DNA of 64,000 nt from an uncultured Gemmatimonadales bacterium (GTDB lineage: Bacteria > Gemmatimonadota > Gemmatimonadetes > Gemmatimonadales > Gemmatimonadaceae): positions 544,001-608,000 of the forward strand of contig CAVPQB010000003.1 in NCBI GenBank assembly GCA_963707505.1, in the 5' to 3' direction. Shown piece after piece: positions 48,027 to 57,970 of the stretch. The position numbers and the translations under genes are program-made. The notes beneath the pieces were generated by a model. The model had not been told where the DNA came from, made no database searches, and was given only the letters and a program-made list of their open reading frames with translations. Positions within the stretch are counted from its first letter, which is position 1. Every line of letters begins with the position of its first letter.

Positions 48027-48635
48027 CTATGCCAGCACCCGCTTCCGCGCGGGACGCCGTTGCTTCGGCCTGTGAACGCGCGGTGCCGGTTGCCGCAATG
48101 CGAAGCGCGCACGCAAAGCCGTAGCGACCACGACCACGAGAACGCACAGCTCAACGTACACCTTTTCCGCATCCAGCGGATCGAGCGGCGCATCCTTCAA
48201 CGTGGGATCGGTCAGGATTGCGTGGAACGCATACAGTACAAACAGCGCGTACGTCACGTAATGCATCCGCTTCCACCATAACCGGCCAATGTCGAACCGG
48301 AAGTACGACGTGATCACAACGAAGGCCAGCAGGTAAAGCGCCCCCGCGCCAAGCGTGTTGACCCACGGCTGCTTCGGCGCGTTTATCGGATAGACGATGT
48401 CGATCAGATGAAACTTCGCCGTCGACGACAGCAGGATTATCAATGGATGAATTGCACTCGCCGCCAGCGCGAGATAACCGGTCCAGTTGTGCAGCTTGAG
48501 TGTGTTGACACGGCGGTGCGGCCAACTGCGCGCCGGATTGTACTTGATCGACATCAACATCCCGAGCAGGATATTGAGCGTCAGAAGCGTTATCGCTACA
48601 ATGGCGACGTCGCCCGAAATGTCTATCGCATCCAC
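48027..48635 (-). CDS. ferric-reductase-like transmembrane (heme b) protein
   Basis: LHNWTG, IHP, WKRMHY and FHA histidines in TM helices. Confidence 0.82.
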   Translation of the reverse strand: MDAIDISGDVAIVAITLLTLNILLGMLMSIKYNPARSWPHRRVNTLKLHNWTGYLALAASAIHPLIILLSSTAKFHLIDIVYPINAPKQPWVNTLGAGALYLLAFVVITSYFRFDIGRLWWKRMHYVTYALFVLYAFHAILTDPTLKDAPLDPLDAEKVYVELCVLVVVVATALRARFALRQPAPRVHRPKQRRPARKRVLA

Positions 48636-48694
48636 CGACTAGTCTCCGTCTTGATTCAATGGTCTGTGGCGCCAGATCACGCCGATCACGCCGA

Positions 48695-49990
48695 TCACGC
48701 CGTGTGCACCGGTTCGCCGCGACACCACGTCGCGACGCAGCGAGCGTCGCCGTACCAGTACGGAATCTCCCGAGCGTCCTCACAATCCCAGAGCGCCACG
48801 TCTGCGCTGAAACCCGATGAGATCTGCCCTGTCGAACCCGCGAGCGCGAGCGCTGCCGCGCCGTTCACCGTTGTCGCGAGCAATACCTCCGCAACGCTCA
48901 TGTGAAGCTGACTCACGCCCATAGTCGTTATAAGTGGCAGATTCGGAGTCGGTGACGTGCCGGGGTTGAAGTCAGTCGCGAGCGCCACGACGGCTCCGGC
49001 TTCGATCAGAGCGCGCGCGGGCGCCTGCCTGGTACGCCCGAGGAAGAACATGGTTCCCGGAAGAAGCGTCGCGACGGTGTTGGAATTTGCCAGCGCCGCG
49101 ATCCCCGCCGCGGATATCGCAGCGAGATGATCCGCAGACGTTGCCCCAAGGTCCGCTGCGAGCTCGGCTCCGCCGCACGGCTCTAGCTCATCGGCGTGCA
49201 GCTTCAATTTCAATCCGCGAGCGCGCGCTGCTTCCAGAATGGTGCGCGTCTCGTCAAGGGTGAACACTCCGGGCTCGCAGAATACGTCCGCGAATTCCGC
49301 AAGCTTCTCCCGCACGACGGTCGGCAGTTGTTCCGACACCAATTGGTCGATGTATTGACGCCGGCCATCCTGACTGTCGCGATACTCCCGCGGGATTTCA
49401 TGCGCGCCAAGCCACGTCGGCACCAGCCGAAGAGTCGTCTCTCTCTGCAGTCTCGCAATGACGCGCAGCGACTTGACCTCGTCCTCGATTGATAGCCCGT
49501 AACCCGACTTGATCTCGATGGTCGTTGCGCCGTAGCGCGCGAGACGCTGCAGCCTCACCCTGGTCAGCGCGAGAAGCTCGTCTTCGCCCCGCGTACGCAG
49601 ATCACGTACGGACGAGTGAATCCCGCCTCCCTTCTGCGCGATCTCCATGTAACCAGCTCCCGCGGCGCGCAGTTCCTGTTCGTCGTACCTCGGCCGCCCG
49701 AACACGGCGTGCGTGTGCGAATCCACCAGGCCAGGCGTCACGACGCGGCCCGCACAATCTATGTACTCACGCTTCCCGCGATACTCGGCGTCTCCAGAGC
49801 GCTCGAGCTCGTTGAGCTCGCGCTCGACGTCGGCCATCGTTCCAACGGCGATTATTCGGCCGTCATCGATCCCGACGGCGACGTTCGTTCGTATTGCCGC
49901 GTCAGCCATTTCAGCACCGCGCCTGCCGCGCGCGGGTCCGGCGCACGTGACTACCTGCGACGCGTTATGAAAGATGATTCGCCGCGTCAC
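48695..49990 (-). CDS. hutI: imidazolonepropionase
   Basis: PGLVDSHTH, EIKSGYGL, LHADE, SADHL and ATDFNPG motifs. Confidence 0.96.
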   Translation of the reverse strand: MTRRIIFHNASQVVTCAGPARGRRGAEMADAAIRTNVAVGIDDGRIIAVGTMADVERELNELERSGDAEYRGKREYIDCAGRVVTPGLVDSHTHAVFGRPRYDEQELRAAGAGYMEIAQKGGGIHSSVRDLRTRGEDELLALTRVRLQRLARYGATTIEIKSGYGLSIEDEVKSLRVIARLQRETTLRLVPTWLGAHEIPREYRDSQDGRRQYIDQLVSEQLPTVVREKLAEFADVFCEPGVFTLDETRTILEAARARGLKLKLHADELEPCGGAELAADLGATSADHLAAISAAGIAALANSNTVATLLPGTMFFLGRTRQAPARALIEAGAVVALATDFNPGTSPTPNLPLITTMGVSQLHMSVAEVLLATTVNGAAALALAGSTGQISSGFSADVALWDCEDAREIPYWYGDARCVATWCRGEPVHTA

Positions 49991-49994
49991 AGTA

Positions 49995-51653
49995 TCAACG
50001 AGGAACGGGGATCGTCAGCCCGTGACGCGCGGCCGCATCGCGAGCAATGTCGTAGCCTGCATCGGTGTGACGCAGAATTCCCGTGGCGGGATCGTTCGTC
50101 AACACACGCTCGATGCGCTCGCGCATCTCGGGCGTTCCGTCAGCGACAACCACCTGGCCCGCATGCAGCGAGTTACCGATCCCAACTCCGCCGCCGTGGT
50201 GGAACGACACCCAGCTCGCACCGCTCGCCGTGTTCACGAGCGCGTTCAATATCGGCCAGTCCGCTATCGCGTCACTGCCATCCAGCATCGCTTCTGTTTC
50301 CCGGAAGGGAGATGCAACGCTCCCGGTATCGAGATGATCACGCCCGATCGCGATCGGCGCGCTGATCTCACCCGAGGCAACCAGATCGTTCAGCGCAACG
50401 CCGAAGCGCGCTCGATCGCCCTGACCCAGCCAACATATCCGCGCCGGCAGTCCCTGGAAGTGAATCCGCTCGCTCGCGAGCTTGATCCAGCGGGCGAGAT
50501 GCTCATCGTGCGGAAATAGATCGAGCACCAGCCGGTCTGTCCGCGCGATGTCCGCGGGATCGCCCGACAGGGCTGCCCACCGGAAGGGTCCCTTTCCCTC
50601 GCAGAACAGTGGCCGGATGTATGCAGGCACGAATCCAGGAAAATCGAACGCTCGTTCGAGCCCCGCGTCGAAGGCTACGGTACGGATGTTATTGCCGTAA
50701 TCGAACGTCACCGCGCCCATCTTCTGCAGCGCAAGCATCGCTTCGACGTGCCGCACTGCGCTCGTCGTCGAACGACGCACGTATTCATCCGGATCGTTGC
50801 GCCGAAGCTCATCCGCCTCCGCTATCGACATCCCCGCTGGCACGTAGCCGTTCAACATGTCGTGCGCGCTCGTCTGATCCGTCAGCACGTCAGGCACCAC
50901 GCCGCGCCGCGCAAGCTCAGGAATCACGTCTGCCGCATTTCCAACGAGCCCAACAGACAGCGGCGTCTTGTTTCTCTGCGCTTCACCGAGCCACGCCAAC
51001 GCTTCGTCGAGACTGCTCGTCTTGCGATCGCAATACCCGGTCTCGATCCGCTTGTCGATGCGCGACTCCGCGACTTCGACTCCGAGGAAGGCAGCGCCGA
51101 GCATCGTTGCAGCGAGTGGTTGCGCACCGCCCATTCCGCCAAGGCCGGCGGTGACGACGAGTCGCCCCGCGAGCGAGCCGTCGAAATCCTTGCGCGCCAC
51201 CGCGCCGAGCGTTTCATACGTCCCCTGCACGATGCCCTGCGAGCCGATGTATATCCACGAACCGGCGGTCATCTGCCCGTACATGATCAGACCGGCGCGC
51301 TCGAGCTCGCGAAACTTGTCCCACGTCGCCCAGCGCCCCACCAGATTGCTGTTCGCGATGAGCACCCTTGGTGCACTGCGATGAGTCCGCAGCACACCCA
51401 CTGGCTTGCCGCTCTGCACCAGCAGCGTTTCGTCATCGGCGAGGTCGCGGAGCTCGCGCACTATCGCGTCGAATGCTTCCCAGTTGCGCGCCGCCTTCCC
51501 TGTTCCGCCATAAACTACGAGATCATCCGGTCGCTCGGCGACGTCCGGATCGAGGTTGTTCATCAGCATTCGCATCGCTGCTTCCTGCTGCCACCCCTTG
51601 CACGTGATCTCGGTTCCATGCGGTGCGCGCACTACTCTGGCACCATGCGTCAT
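49995..51653 (-). CDS. hutU: urocanate hydratase
   Basis: [25 protein letters not shown] and HHGGGVGIG motifs. ATGA overlap with hutH. Confidence 0.97.
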   Translation of the reverse strand: MTHGARVVRAPHGTEITCKGWQQEAAMRMLMNNLDPDVAERPDDLVVYGGTGKAARNWEAFDAIVRELRDLADDETLLVQSGKPVGVLRTHRSAPRVLIANSNLVGRWATWDKFRELERAGLIMYGQMTAGSWIYIGSQGIVQGTYETLGAVARKDFDGSLAGRLVVTAGLGGMGGAQPLAATMLGAAFLGVEVAESRIDKRIETGYCDRKTSSLDEALAWLGEAQRNKTPLSVGLVGNAADVIPELARRGVVPDVLTDQTSAHDMLNGYVPAGMSIAEADELRRNDPDEYVRRSTTSAVRHVEAMLALQKMGAVTFDYGNNIRTVAFDAGLERAFDFPGFVPAYIRPLFCEGKGPFRWAALSGDPADIARTDRLVLDLFPHDEHLARWIKLASERIHFQGLPARICWLGQGDRARFGVALNDLVASGEISAPIAIGRDHLDTGSVASPFRETEAMLDGSDAIADWPILNALVNTASGASWVSFHHGGGVGIGNSLHAGQVVVADGTPEMRERIERVLTNDPATGILRHTDAGYDIARDAAARHGLTIPVPR

Positions 51654-53194
51654 TGCACTTTCTCCTCTACTTCCCACTCTATGCACTCATCGAAGCGTCC
51701 GTCGGATATCTCGGTCGCGATCAATCCGATGTCCCCGCTCATCACTCTGTCGCGATCGAGGCGTGGAACCACCTTGCGGACGATGTCATGCGCACGGCCT
51801 ACGGGACCGGACGGCTTGAGAGGCGCGCGGAAATCGATCCCCTGCGCGCCGCACATCATCTCGATCGCAAGCACGTTTCGCACGTTCGCGATGATGCGGC
51901 GCGCCTTCCACGCTGCGCCCATCGCCATCGGTACCACGTCTTCCTTGCTTCCGTCGGTCGGGATCGAATCCACGCTGGACGGATGCGCCAGTACCTTGCA
52001 CTCGCTCGTGATCGATGCCGCCGTGACCTGCGCCATCATGAATCCGGAATTCGTACCGGCATCCGGCGACAGAAATGCAGGCAGGCCTTCGTTGAGATCG
52101 GGGTGCACCAGCCGATCGGTGCGACGCTCGCTGATCACTGCGAGATTCGTCGCCGCGATCGCGAGGAAATCGAGCGCCATTGCCACGGCCTGTCCATGAA
52201 AATTCCCGCCGCTCAACATCTCACCGTTCTCGAACACCAGCGGATTGTCGGTCGCGGCATTAAGCTCGCGCGACACCATACCTTCGATCCAGCGAAGCGC
52301 ATCCAGCACGGGCCCATGAACCTGCGGAACGCATCGCAATCCATACGCGTCCTGCACTCGGCGATCATTGGACCTGTGCGACTCCCGAATCTCGCTGTTG
52401 TCGAGGAGCAGTCGCATCACTCGCGCAGATTCCACCTGTCCGATCTGGCCGCGCGCATCCTGAATCCGCGCGTCGAACGCAACCGGCGTACCCTTGAGCG
52501 CTTCGAGCGACATCGCCGCGGCGACGTGTGCAGCGCGCCAGAGTCGCTCTGCGTCGTGCACGAGCAACGCCGCGATCGCCGTATGTGCCTGCGTTCCATT
52601 GATGAGCGTGATTCCTTCTTTTGGACCCAGTGCGATCGGCTCCAGTCCACTCGCGCGTAACATTTCCGCGGCCGGACCGGACTTATCCCCCTTGAACAAC
52701 AATCCTTCACCGATCATCGACAGCGCGAGATGCGCCAGCGGCGCCAGGTCGCCGCTCGCGCCGACGCTTCCCTGCTCCGGTACAGGCGGATACAAACCCG
52801 CATTCAGCATGCCGGCTAGCAGATCTACCAACGCAGCGCGCGCTCCCGAATATCCTTTCGATATCACATTCGCACGCAACAGCATCATCGCCCGCACCTC
52901 GGCTTCGCTCAACAGCGGCCCGACGCCCACAGCGTGAGATCTGATGAGATTCACCTGCAGCTCCGCGAGCCTGTTCGGTGGTATCGCGATATCCGACAAC
53001 TTTCCGAATCCGGTCGTGACACCGTACACGACGTCATTCCGCTCGACGATGCGACTCACTATCGCATTCGACGCCGCCATCCGCGTGCGCGCTGCATCGG
53101 TCATCTCGACACGCGCCCGTCCGCGCGCGACGGCGATCACATCTGCAATCGTCAGCGACCGCCCATCGATCCGTACAGTATCCGTGGCGCTCAT
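51650..53194 (-). CDS. hutH: histidine ammonia-lyase
   Basis: [19 protein letters not shown] (MIO), QDAYGLRC and GGNFHG motifs. Confidence 0.97.
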   Translation of the reverse strand: MSATDTVRIDGRSLTIADVIAVARGRARVEMTDAARTRMAASNAIVSRIVERNDVVYGVTTGFGKLSDIAIPPNRLAELQVNLIRSHAVGVGPLLSEAEVRAMMLLRANVISKGYSGARAALVDLLAGMLNAGLYPPVPEQGSVGASGDLAPLAHLALSMIGEGLLFKGDKSGPAAEMLRASGLEPIALGPKEGITLINGTQAHTAIAALLVHDAERLWRAAHVAAAMSLEALKGTPVAFDARIQDARGQIGQVESARVMRLLLDNSEIRESHRSNDRRVQDAYGLRCVPQVHGPVLDALRWIEGMVSRELNAATDNPLVFENGEMLSGGNFHGQAVAMALDFLAIAATNLAVISERRTDRLVHPDLNEGLPAFLSPDAGTNSGFMMAQVTAASITSECKVLAHPSSVDSIPTDGSKEDVVPMAMGAAWKARRIIANVRNVLAIEMMCGAQGIDFRAPLKPSGPVGRAHDIVRKVVPRLDRDRVMSGDIGLIATEISDGRFDECIEWEVEEKVQ

Positions 53195-54165
53195 GCCTTG
53201 CCCCGGCGCAGCGCCATACCCGTGAGAAACGTCAACATCGCGTGCACGGCAACACGCACCGTCGCCCGCCGCGGATCCTGCGACGGATCGATCTCGACGA
53301 TGTCGATCGCGCGCACTTTCGGATGACCGCCGAGCACGAGCAACATCTCGAACAGCTGCCAGGACGTCATGCCACCCGGCACGAGCGCTGGGACGCCAGG
53401 CGCGAAGGCCTGATCCAGCACGTCCATGTCGAGCGTTACGTACAGCGTATCCGCTCGCTCGTCCAGCACTGACAGTGCCTGCCGCGCAATATCCGCTGGA
53501 GGTGTATGTGCCACTTCGCGCGCCGAGATCTGCGTGATGCCGGCTTCGCGTGCGACGTCACGGTATGCGCGCGCATTCGCGAATGCGTGAAGGCCAACCT
53601 GCACTATGTTGCGGCCTTCCAGCGTTCCCGACTCGAGCAGTTGTCTGATCGGAGTTCCGTTACTCGGTCCACCGTCATCGAGATTGCGGAGATCCATGTG
53701 CGCGTCCAGTTGCACCAGCCCTACGGTGCCTCCGACGTGAGCGCGGAACGCTTCGATTGACGGCGCCGAGATCGAGTGGTCACCACCCATGACGACCGTG
53801 AGTGCACCTGAAGATTGCGCGAGCACCGCGGCGACGGCTTCACGGATCCCCGCGCGCGATCGCGCAAGATCGGTGACGTGAACCCTTGCGTCGCCCGCGT
53901 CGCGGATGGTGAGCGCGGATGCCAGATCGATGTCGTGATCGAAGTTGTACGTCGATACCGCGCCGAACATCTCGCGCATCGCCTGCGGCGTTCCGGAGGC
54001 GCCGGAATGCGAGATGGAAGTCTTCGATAGCGGCGCGCCGAGCAGGACGACGTCGACGGATTCCGTTCCATCCCACGGGCGGATCCACGAGGCAACCTTC
54101 GTTTCCAGATGGTCCCGAAAGAGCGGTGAGCCCGGCGGATTCAGAGGCATGTTTGATTGGGTCAC
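53191..54165 (-). CDS. hutG: formimidoylglutamase (arginase/agmatinase family)
   Basis: GGDHS, DAHMD, SNGTP and DMDVLD..APG motifs; position inside the hut operon. Confidence 0.85.
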   Translation of the reverse strand: MTQSNMPLNPPGSPLFRDHLETKVASWIRPWDGTESVDVVLLGAPLSKTSISHSGASGTPQAMREMFGAVSTYNFDHDIDLASALTIRDAGDARVHVTDLARSRAGIREAVAAVLAQSSGALTVVMGGDHSISAPSIEAFRAHVGGTVGLVQLDAHMDLRNLDDGGPSNGTPIRQLLESGTLEGRNIVQVGLHAFANARAYRDVAREAGITQISAREVAHTPPADIARQALSVLDERADTLYVTLDMDVLDQAFAPGVPALVPGGMTSWQLFEMLLVLGGHPKVRAIDIVEIDPSQDPRRATVRVAVHAMLTFLTGMALRRGKA

Positions 54166-54168
54166 GCC

Positions 54169-55566
54169 TTACAATAACGTCCCTCGCAAGATCGCGTAGG
54201 CGACCGAGAAGTAGATGACCAGCCCGGTCACGTCCACCAGCGTCGCCACGAAGGGCGCCGAGGCGCTGGCGGGGTCGAATCCCAGCCGCCGCAGCAGGAA
54301 CGGGAGCATCGATCCCGCCATCGACCCGAAGGTGACCACCCCGACAAGAGATACGCCGATCGTGAGCGCCACGAGATTGTGGTGCGGGCCATAGTCATAC
54401 CATCCGAGATGTTGCCACGTGAGAATTCGGATGACGCCGATGACGCCGAGCACTGTGCCGAGCGCCAGTCCGGTTGGCAGCTCCCGCACCGCGACGCGCC
54501 ACCAGTCGCGCAGCGACAGCTCCCGCAGCGCGAGTGCACGAATGATGAGCGAAGTCGCCTGCGATCCGGAATTGCCGCCGGACGAGATGATCAGTGGGAT
54601 GAACAGCGCGAGCACCACCGCACGCGCGATCTCGGTCTGGAAATATCCCATCGCCGTCGCCGTGAGCATCTCACCGAGGAACAGCGCAGCGAGCCAACCG
54701 GCGCGCTTGCGCACCATGCCGAAGAGCGAGATGCGCAGGTACGGAACTTCGAGCGCGGCGACACCACCGAATCGTTGGACATCTTCTGTCGTCTCGCGCA
54801 CCATCGCATCGATGACGTCGTCGACAGTTGCCGCGCCGATCATCCTGCCGTTCTCGTCGACAACCGGAAGCGCGACGAGATTGTACTTGGAGATGAGCCG
54901 CGCGACGTCTTCTTCACTCGTGAGCGGCGACGTGGAAAGTGGCTTGCGCGCGTCGCCGATGCTGCTGATCGGAGCATTGCGATCTGCAAGTAGCAGATCC
55001 TGCAGGTGCACCGAGCGCTCGAGCTTCCCGGTCACCGGATCGACCACGTACACGGCGTAGACGGCAGTTACGTCAGGGGCGAGTATGCGGACGCGCTCGA
55101 TCGCGTCGGCGACAGTGGTGTTCGCTGCCACGCTCGCAAATTCCGTGGTCATGATCGCGCCAACCGACCCTTCCGGATAAACCAGGAGCGCGTTGAGCAC
55201 CGACCGGTCGGGCTCGTCGATCGTGGCGAGCACCGCCTTTCGCTTGCCCGGAGTCAGCTCGCGCAGGAGGTCGGCGCGCCGATCCGGCGCCATGGCGGCC
55301 ACGAGTGCGCCAGCGACTCCCTTGTTCATGTGCTGGACGATGTCATTCCGCCGGTCCAGCTCCGGCTCGTCCATCACATCCACTGCGACGTCGAAAGGCA
55401 GGTTGGCCAGAACCCGTGCAGCCTTGGGCGGCTGCAGCTGATTCACAAGCTCGGCGATGTCAGCTGCCCGGAGGGGAGCGACAAGCTGCGCCAGAGTTTC
55501 AGGCTTGCTGGAGGCCTCGTAGAGCGAGGTCGCTGTGGGCGTGTCTTGCAGGACGGCGGTGGCCAT
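54169..55566 (-). CDS. mgtE: magnesium transporter MgtE
   Basis: N-domain, CBS pair, SGGNSGSQ and DPASASAPFVATLVDVTG motifs. Confidence 0.96.
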   Translation of the reverse strand: MATAVLQDTPTATSLYEASSKPETLAQLVAPLRAADIAELVNQLQPPKAARVLANLPFDVAVDVMDEPELDRRNDIVQHMNKGVAGALVAAMAPDRRADLLRELTPGKRKAVLATIDEPDRSVLNALLVYPEGSVGAIMTTEFASVAANTTVADAIERVRILAPDVTAVYAVYVVDPVTGKLERSVHLQDLLLADRNAPISSIGDARKPLSTSPLTSEEDVARLISKYNLVALPVVDENGRMIGAATVDDVIDAMVRETTEDVQRFGGVAALEVPYLRISLFGMVRKRAGWLAALFLGEMLTATAMGYFQTEIARAVVLALFIPLIISSGGNSGSQATSLIIRALALRELSLRDWWRVAVRELPTGLALGTVLGVIGVIRILTWQHLGWYDYGPHHNLVALTIGVSLVGVVTFGSMAGSMLPFLLRRLGFDPASASAPFVATLVDVTGLVIYFSVAYAILRGTLL

Positions 55567-55705
55567 ACGAAGGTCGGATTGAAGTGTTGGACCGGTTCTG
55601 CGGGTGCGTAATTGCCAGTTACGCGCCTATGTTAACCGACGGAGGCGAGAGATGGCGAGGGAGGCCGATTTCCGCCCGCCCCCCGACGGGGCCGTTGGAG
55701 CCCCT

Positions 55706-55792
55706 GTCATTCCCGCTACACCCTCGTCATTCCCGCCACACCATCGTCATTCCCGCTGCACCCTCGTCATTCCCGCGAAAGCGGGAATCCAC
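55706..55792. repeat. 20-bp tandem array of GTCATTCCCGC half-sites ending in a full ATTCCC-N8-GGGAAT palindrome
   Basis: Units start at 55706, 55726, 55746 and 55766. Confidence 0.88.
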
Positions 55793-55902
55793 GTAGCCCG
55801 TTTACGCGATCAACGCTGTCCACCACTCCAGCCCAGCCGCCATCCGGGGTGGCGCCGTGCCCTTTGCCCCGATTAAGTTGCAAGGCTGTCCCATGAATAC
55901 AT

Positions 55903-55976
55903 CGGGGTGTAGCGTAGCCCGGTAGCGCGCTTGCTTCGGGAGCAAGAGGTCGCCGGTTCAAATCCGGCCACCCCGA
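55903..55976 (+). tRNA. tRNA-Pro(CGG)
   Basis: CGGGGTG/CACCCCG acceptor stem, anticodon arm CTTGC-TTCGGGA-GCAAG. Confidence 0.97.
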
Positions 55977-56012
55977 CTGAGTTGTAACCGCAATCCCAAC
56001 AACGACTTACCT

Positions 56013-56048
56013 CGCGAAGCGCCGATCGACACCGATCGGCGCTTCGCG
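56013..56048. terminator. 16-bp perfect hairpin downstream of tRNA-Pro
   Basis: CGCGAAGCGCCGATCG-ACAC-CGATCGGCGCTTCGCG. No U tract. Confidence 0.55.
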
Positions 56049-56217
56049 CATCTCACCAAGCACCGATCCCGCCTGGTCATCATCGAGCCTGCCCCCGACG
56101 CACCGCGACGAAACTCGGACCGAAGGTGACTAATTCCCGGAAAGCGGCTGATCACAGGGTTTCGGTGAGCGTCACCGCAATCGAGTAGCTACCATCAACT
56201 CGAAATGGAGCAGGTGA

Positions 56218-57780
56218 ATGAATCGACGCATCATGTCGAGTCTTGTCGCCGCAATGGCGTTAACCGCTGTCGCCGCTACATCGTGGACATCACAACCTGT
56301 TCGCACCGATAGCGGACTTGTGACAGGTATCCGCGAGAATGGGGCTCTCGTATTCAAGGGAATACCGTTCGCCGCGCCGCCAGTGGGAGACCTCCGATGG
56401 CGTGCGCCGGAACCGCCGCGCCACTGGACCGGAGTGAAAGAGGCCGGCCGATTCTCGCCCGTGTGTATGCAGACGGGCTTCTATCCCCCCAATGCGCCAG
56501 CGGAGCCGATGAGCGAGGATTGTCTATACCTCAACGTTTGGGTGCCCCTCTCATCAAAGAAGCAACAGCTGCCAGTGATGGTATGGATTTACGGCGGCGG
56601 TCTTGAAAACGGCTCCGCTTCGACACCGCTCTATGCAGGCGACCGCCTCGTGCAGAAAGATGTGATCGTCGTTACTGCGAACTACAGACTGGGCGTGTTC
56701 GGATTTCTCGCTCACCCAGATCTATCGCGCGAGTCGGCTCATCACACATCCGGCAATTATGGTCTGCTCGATCAGATCGCCGCGTTGCGTTGGGTGCATC
56801 GCAACATTGCGGCATTCGGAGGTGATCCGGATCGCGTCACAGTGTTCGGCCAATCCTCGGGCTCGATTTCGATCAGCGCACTCACGACATCGCCACTCGC
56901 GAAGGGTCTCTTTCAGCGCGCGATAGGGGAAAGTGGCGCTCTCTTCGAGCCGCTGGATCTCTTTCCAGCGTTTCAGTTGGCGGGCGCTGAAAAAGATGGG
57001 GAGGCATTCGTGTCCCGGACGGGCGCAGTGTCGTTGGAGGAATTGCGCAACCGGTCGGCTACAGATTTGATGAAGACGCAGTTCGACGCACACCTGATCA
57101 TCGATGGCTTCGCCTTAACGCAGCTGCCCTACCAGGCTTATGAGAGCGGCGAACAGAGCAACGTCGCGCTCCTGATCGGCTCTAACGTGGACGAAGGCCA
57201 GACTTTTCTTGCCGGCCGCACAATCACGCATCAGAACTTCACGCATGAGCTGGAGAGAGATTTTCCTGATGTGCTGGTTCAGGCGATTCATCCGCTATCC
57301 GGTGTCACTGATGCGTCGGCGCGAGCCGCTGCAGCAGCGTTCGAGCGCGACATGCGGTTTCGCTGGGACATGTGGACGTGGGCTCATCTTGCGTCCCAGT
57401 CTGGACGAAACAAGGTTTTCTTCTATCAATTCTCGTATGCGCCGCCGCACATGCCCGGCGACAAGGATTCTGTTCCCGGCGCGAGCCACGGCTCGGAAAT
57501 GCCCTACGTGTTCGGCCATCTCAACGAATCCACCGGCGCGGTGACATCTCGGGATCGCAAGCTCGCGCACGACATGACTTCGTACTGGACCAACTTCGCG
57601 AAATACGGTGATCCCAACGGCCCGGATCTTCCAGCTTGGCCGGCATGGAGTGCATCGAGCAAAGACATCATGCAGTTCGGTGATGAGATCAAGGCAGACA
57701 CACTGCTGGATCAGGACGCGCTACGGACTATTGACCGTGTCTATGGCAGTCTCCGCAAGCCGGGGCGCGCTCCGATCTAG
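56218..57780 (+). CDS. secreted type-B carboxylesterase
   Basis: FKGIPFA, SEDCLYLNVW, GGG, GQSSG and HGSE motifs. Confidence 0.95.
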   Translation: MNRRIMSSLVAAMALTAVAATSWTSQPVRTDSGLVTGIRENGALVFKGIPFAAPPVGDLRWRAPEPPRHWTGVKEAGRFSPVCMQTGFYPPNAPAEPMSEDCLYLNVWVPLSSKKQQLPVMVWIYGGGLENGSASTPLYAGDRLVQKDVIVVTANYRLGVFGFLAHPDLSRESAHHTSGNYGLLDQIAALRWVHRNIAAFGGDPDRVTVFGQSSGSISISALTTSPLAKGLFQRAIGESGALFEPLDLFPAFQLAGAEKDGEAFVSRTGAVSLEELRNRSATDLMKTQFDAHLIIDGFALTQLPYQAYESGEQSNVALLIGSNVDEGQTFLAGRTITHQNFTHELERDFPDVLVQAIHPLSGVTDASARAAAAAFERDMRFRWDMWTWAHLASQSGRNKVFFYQFSYAPPHMPGDKDSVPGASHGSEMPYVFGHLNESTGAVTSRDRKLAHDMTSYWTNFAKYGDPNGPDLPAWPAWSASSKDIMQFGDEIKADTLLDQDALRTIDRVYGSLRKPGRAPI

Positions 57781-57970
57781 CCGCTTGGACGAGCGTTGAT
57801 ACTGGTCATGGCGCTCGTGGATGTCCGTGTCTACAGGAGCATTCGATGTTGCAACGCCTGCAAAGGCACTATTCGACATGTTGTACGTGTCGGTGAGGCG
57901 CGGTCACCGTTTTGCCGTCGCGTCTTAACGTACGCGCACACCTTCTCGCACTTCGATTGGCGGGCCATTC

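Noticed and set aside
50748..52660. Long plus-strand ORFs of 483 and 345 aa
   Set aside because: Antisense shadows of hutU/hutH, expected in high-GC coding DNA.
55706..55792. Possible mini CRISPR array
   Set aside because: 20-bp period with 9-nt near-identical spacers and no cas genes.
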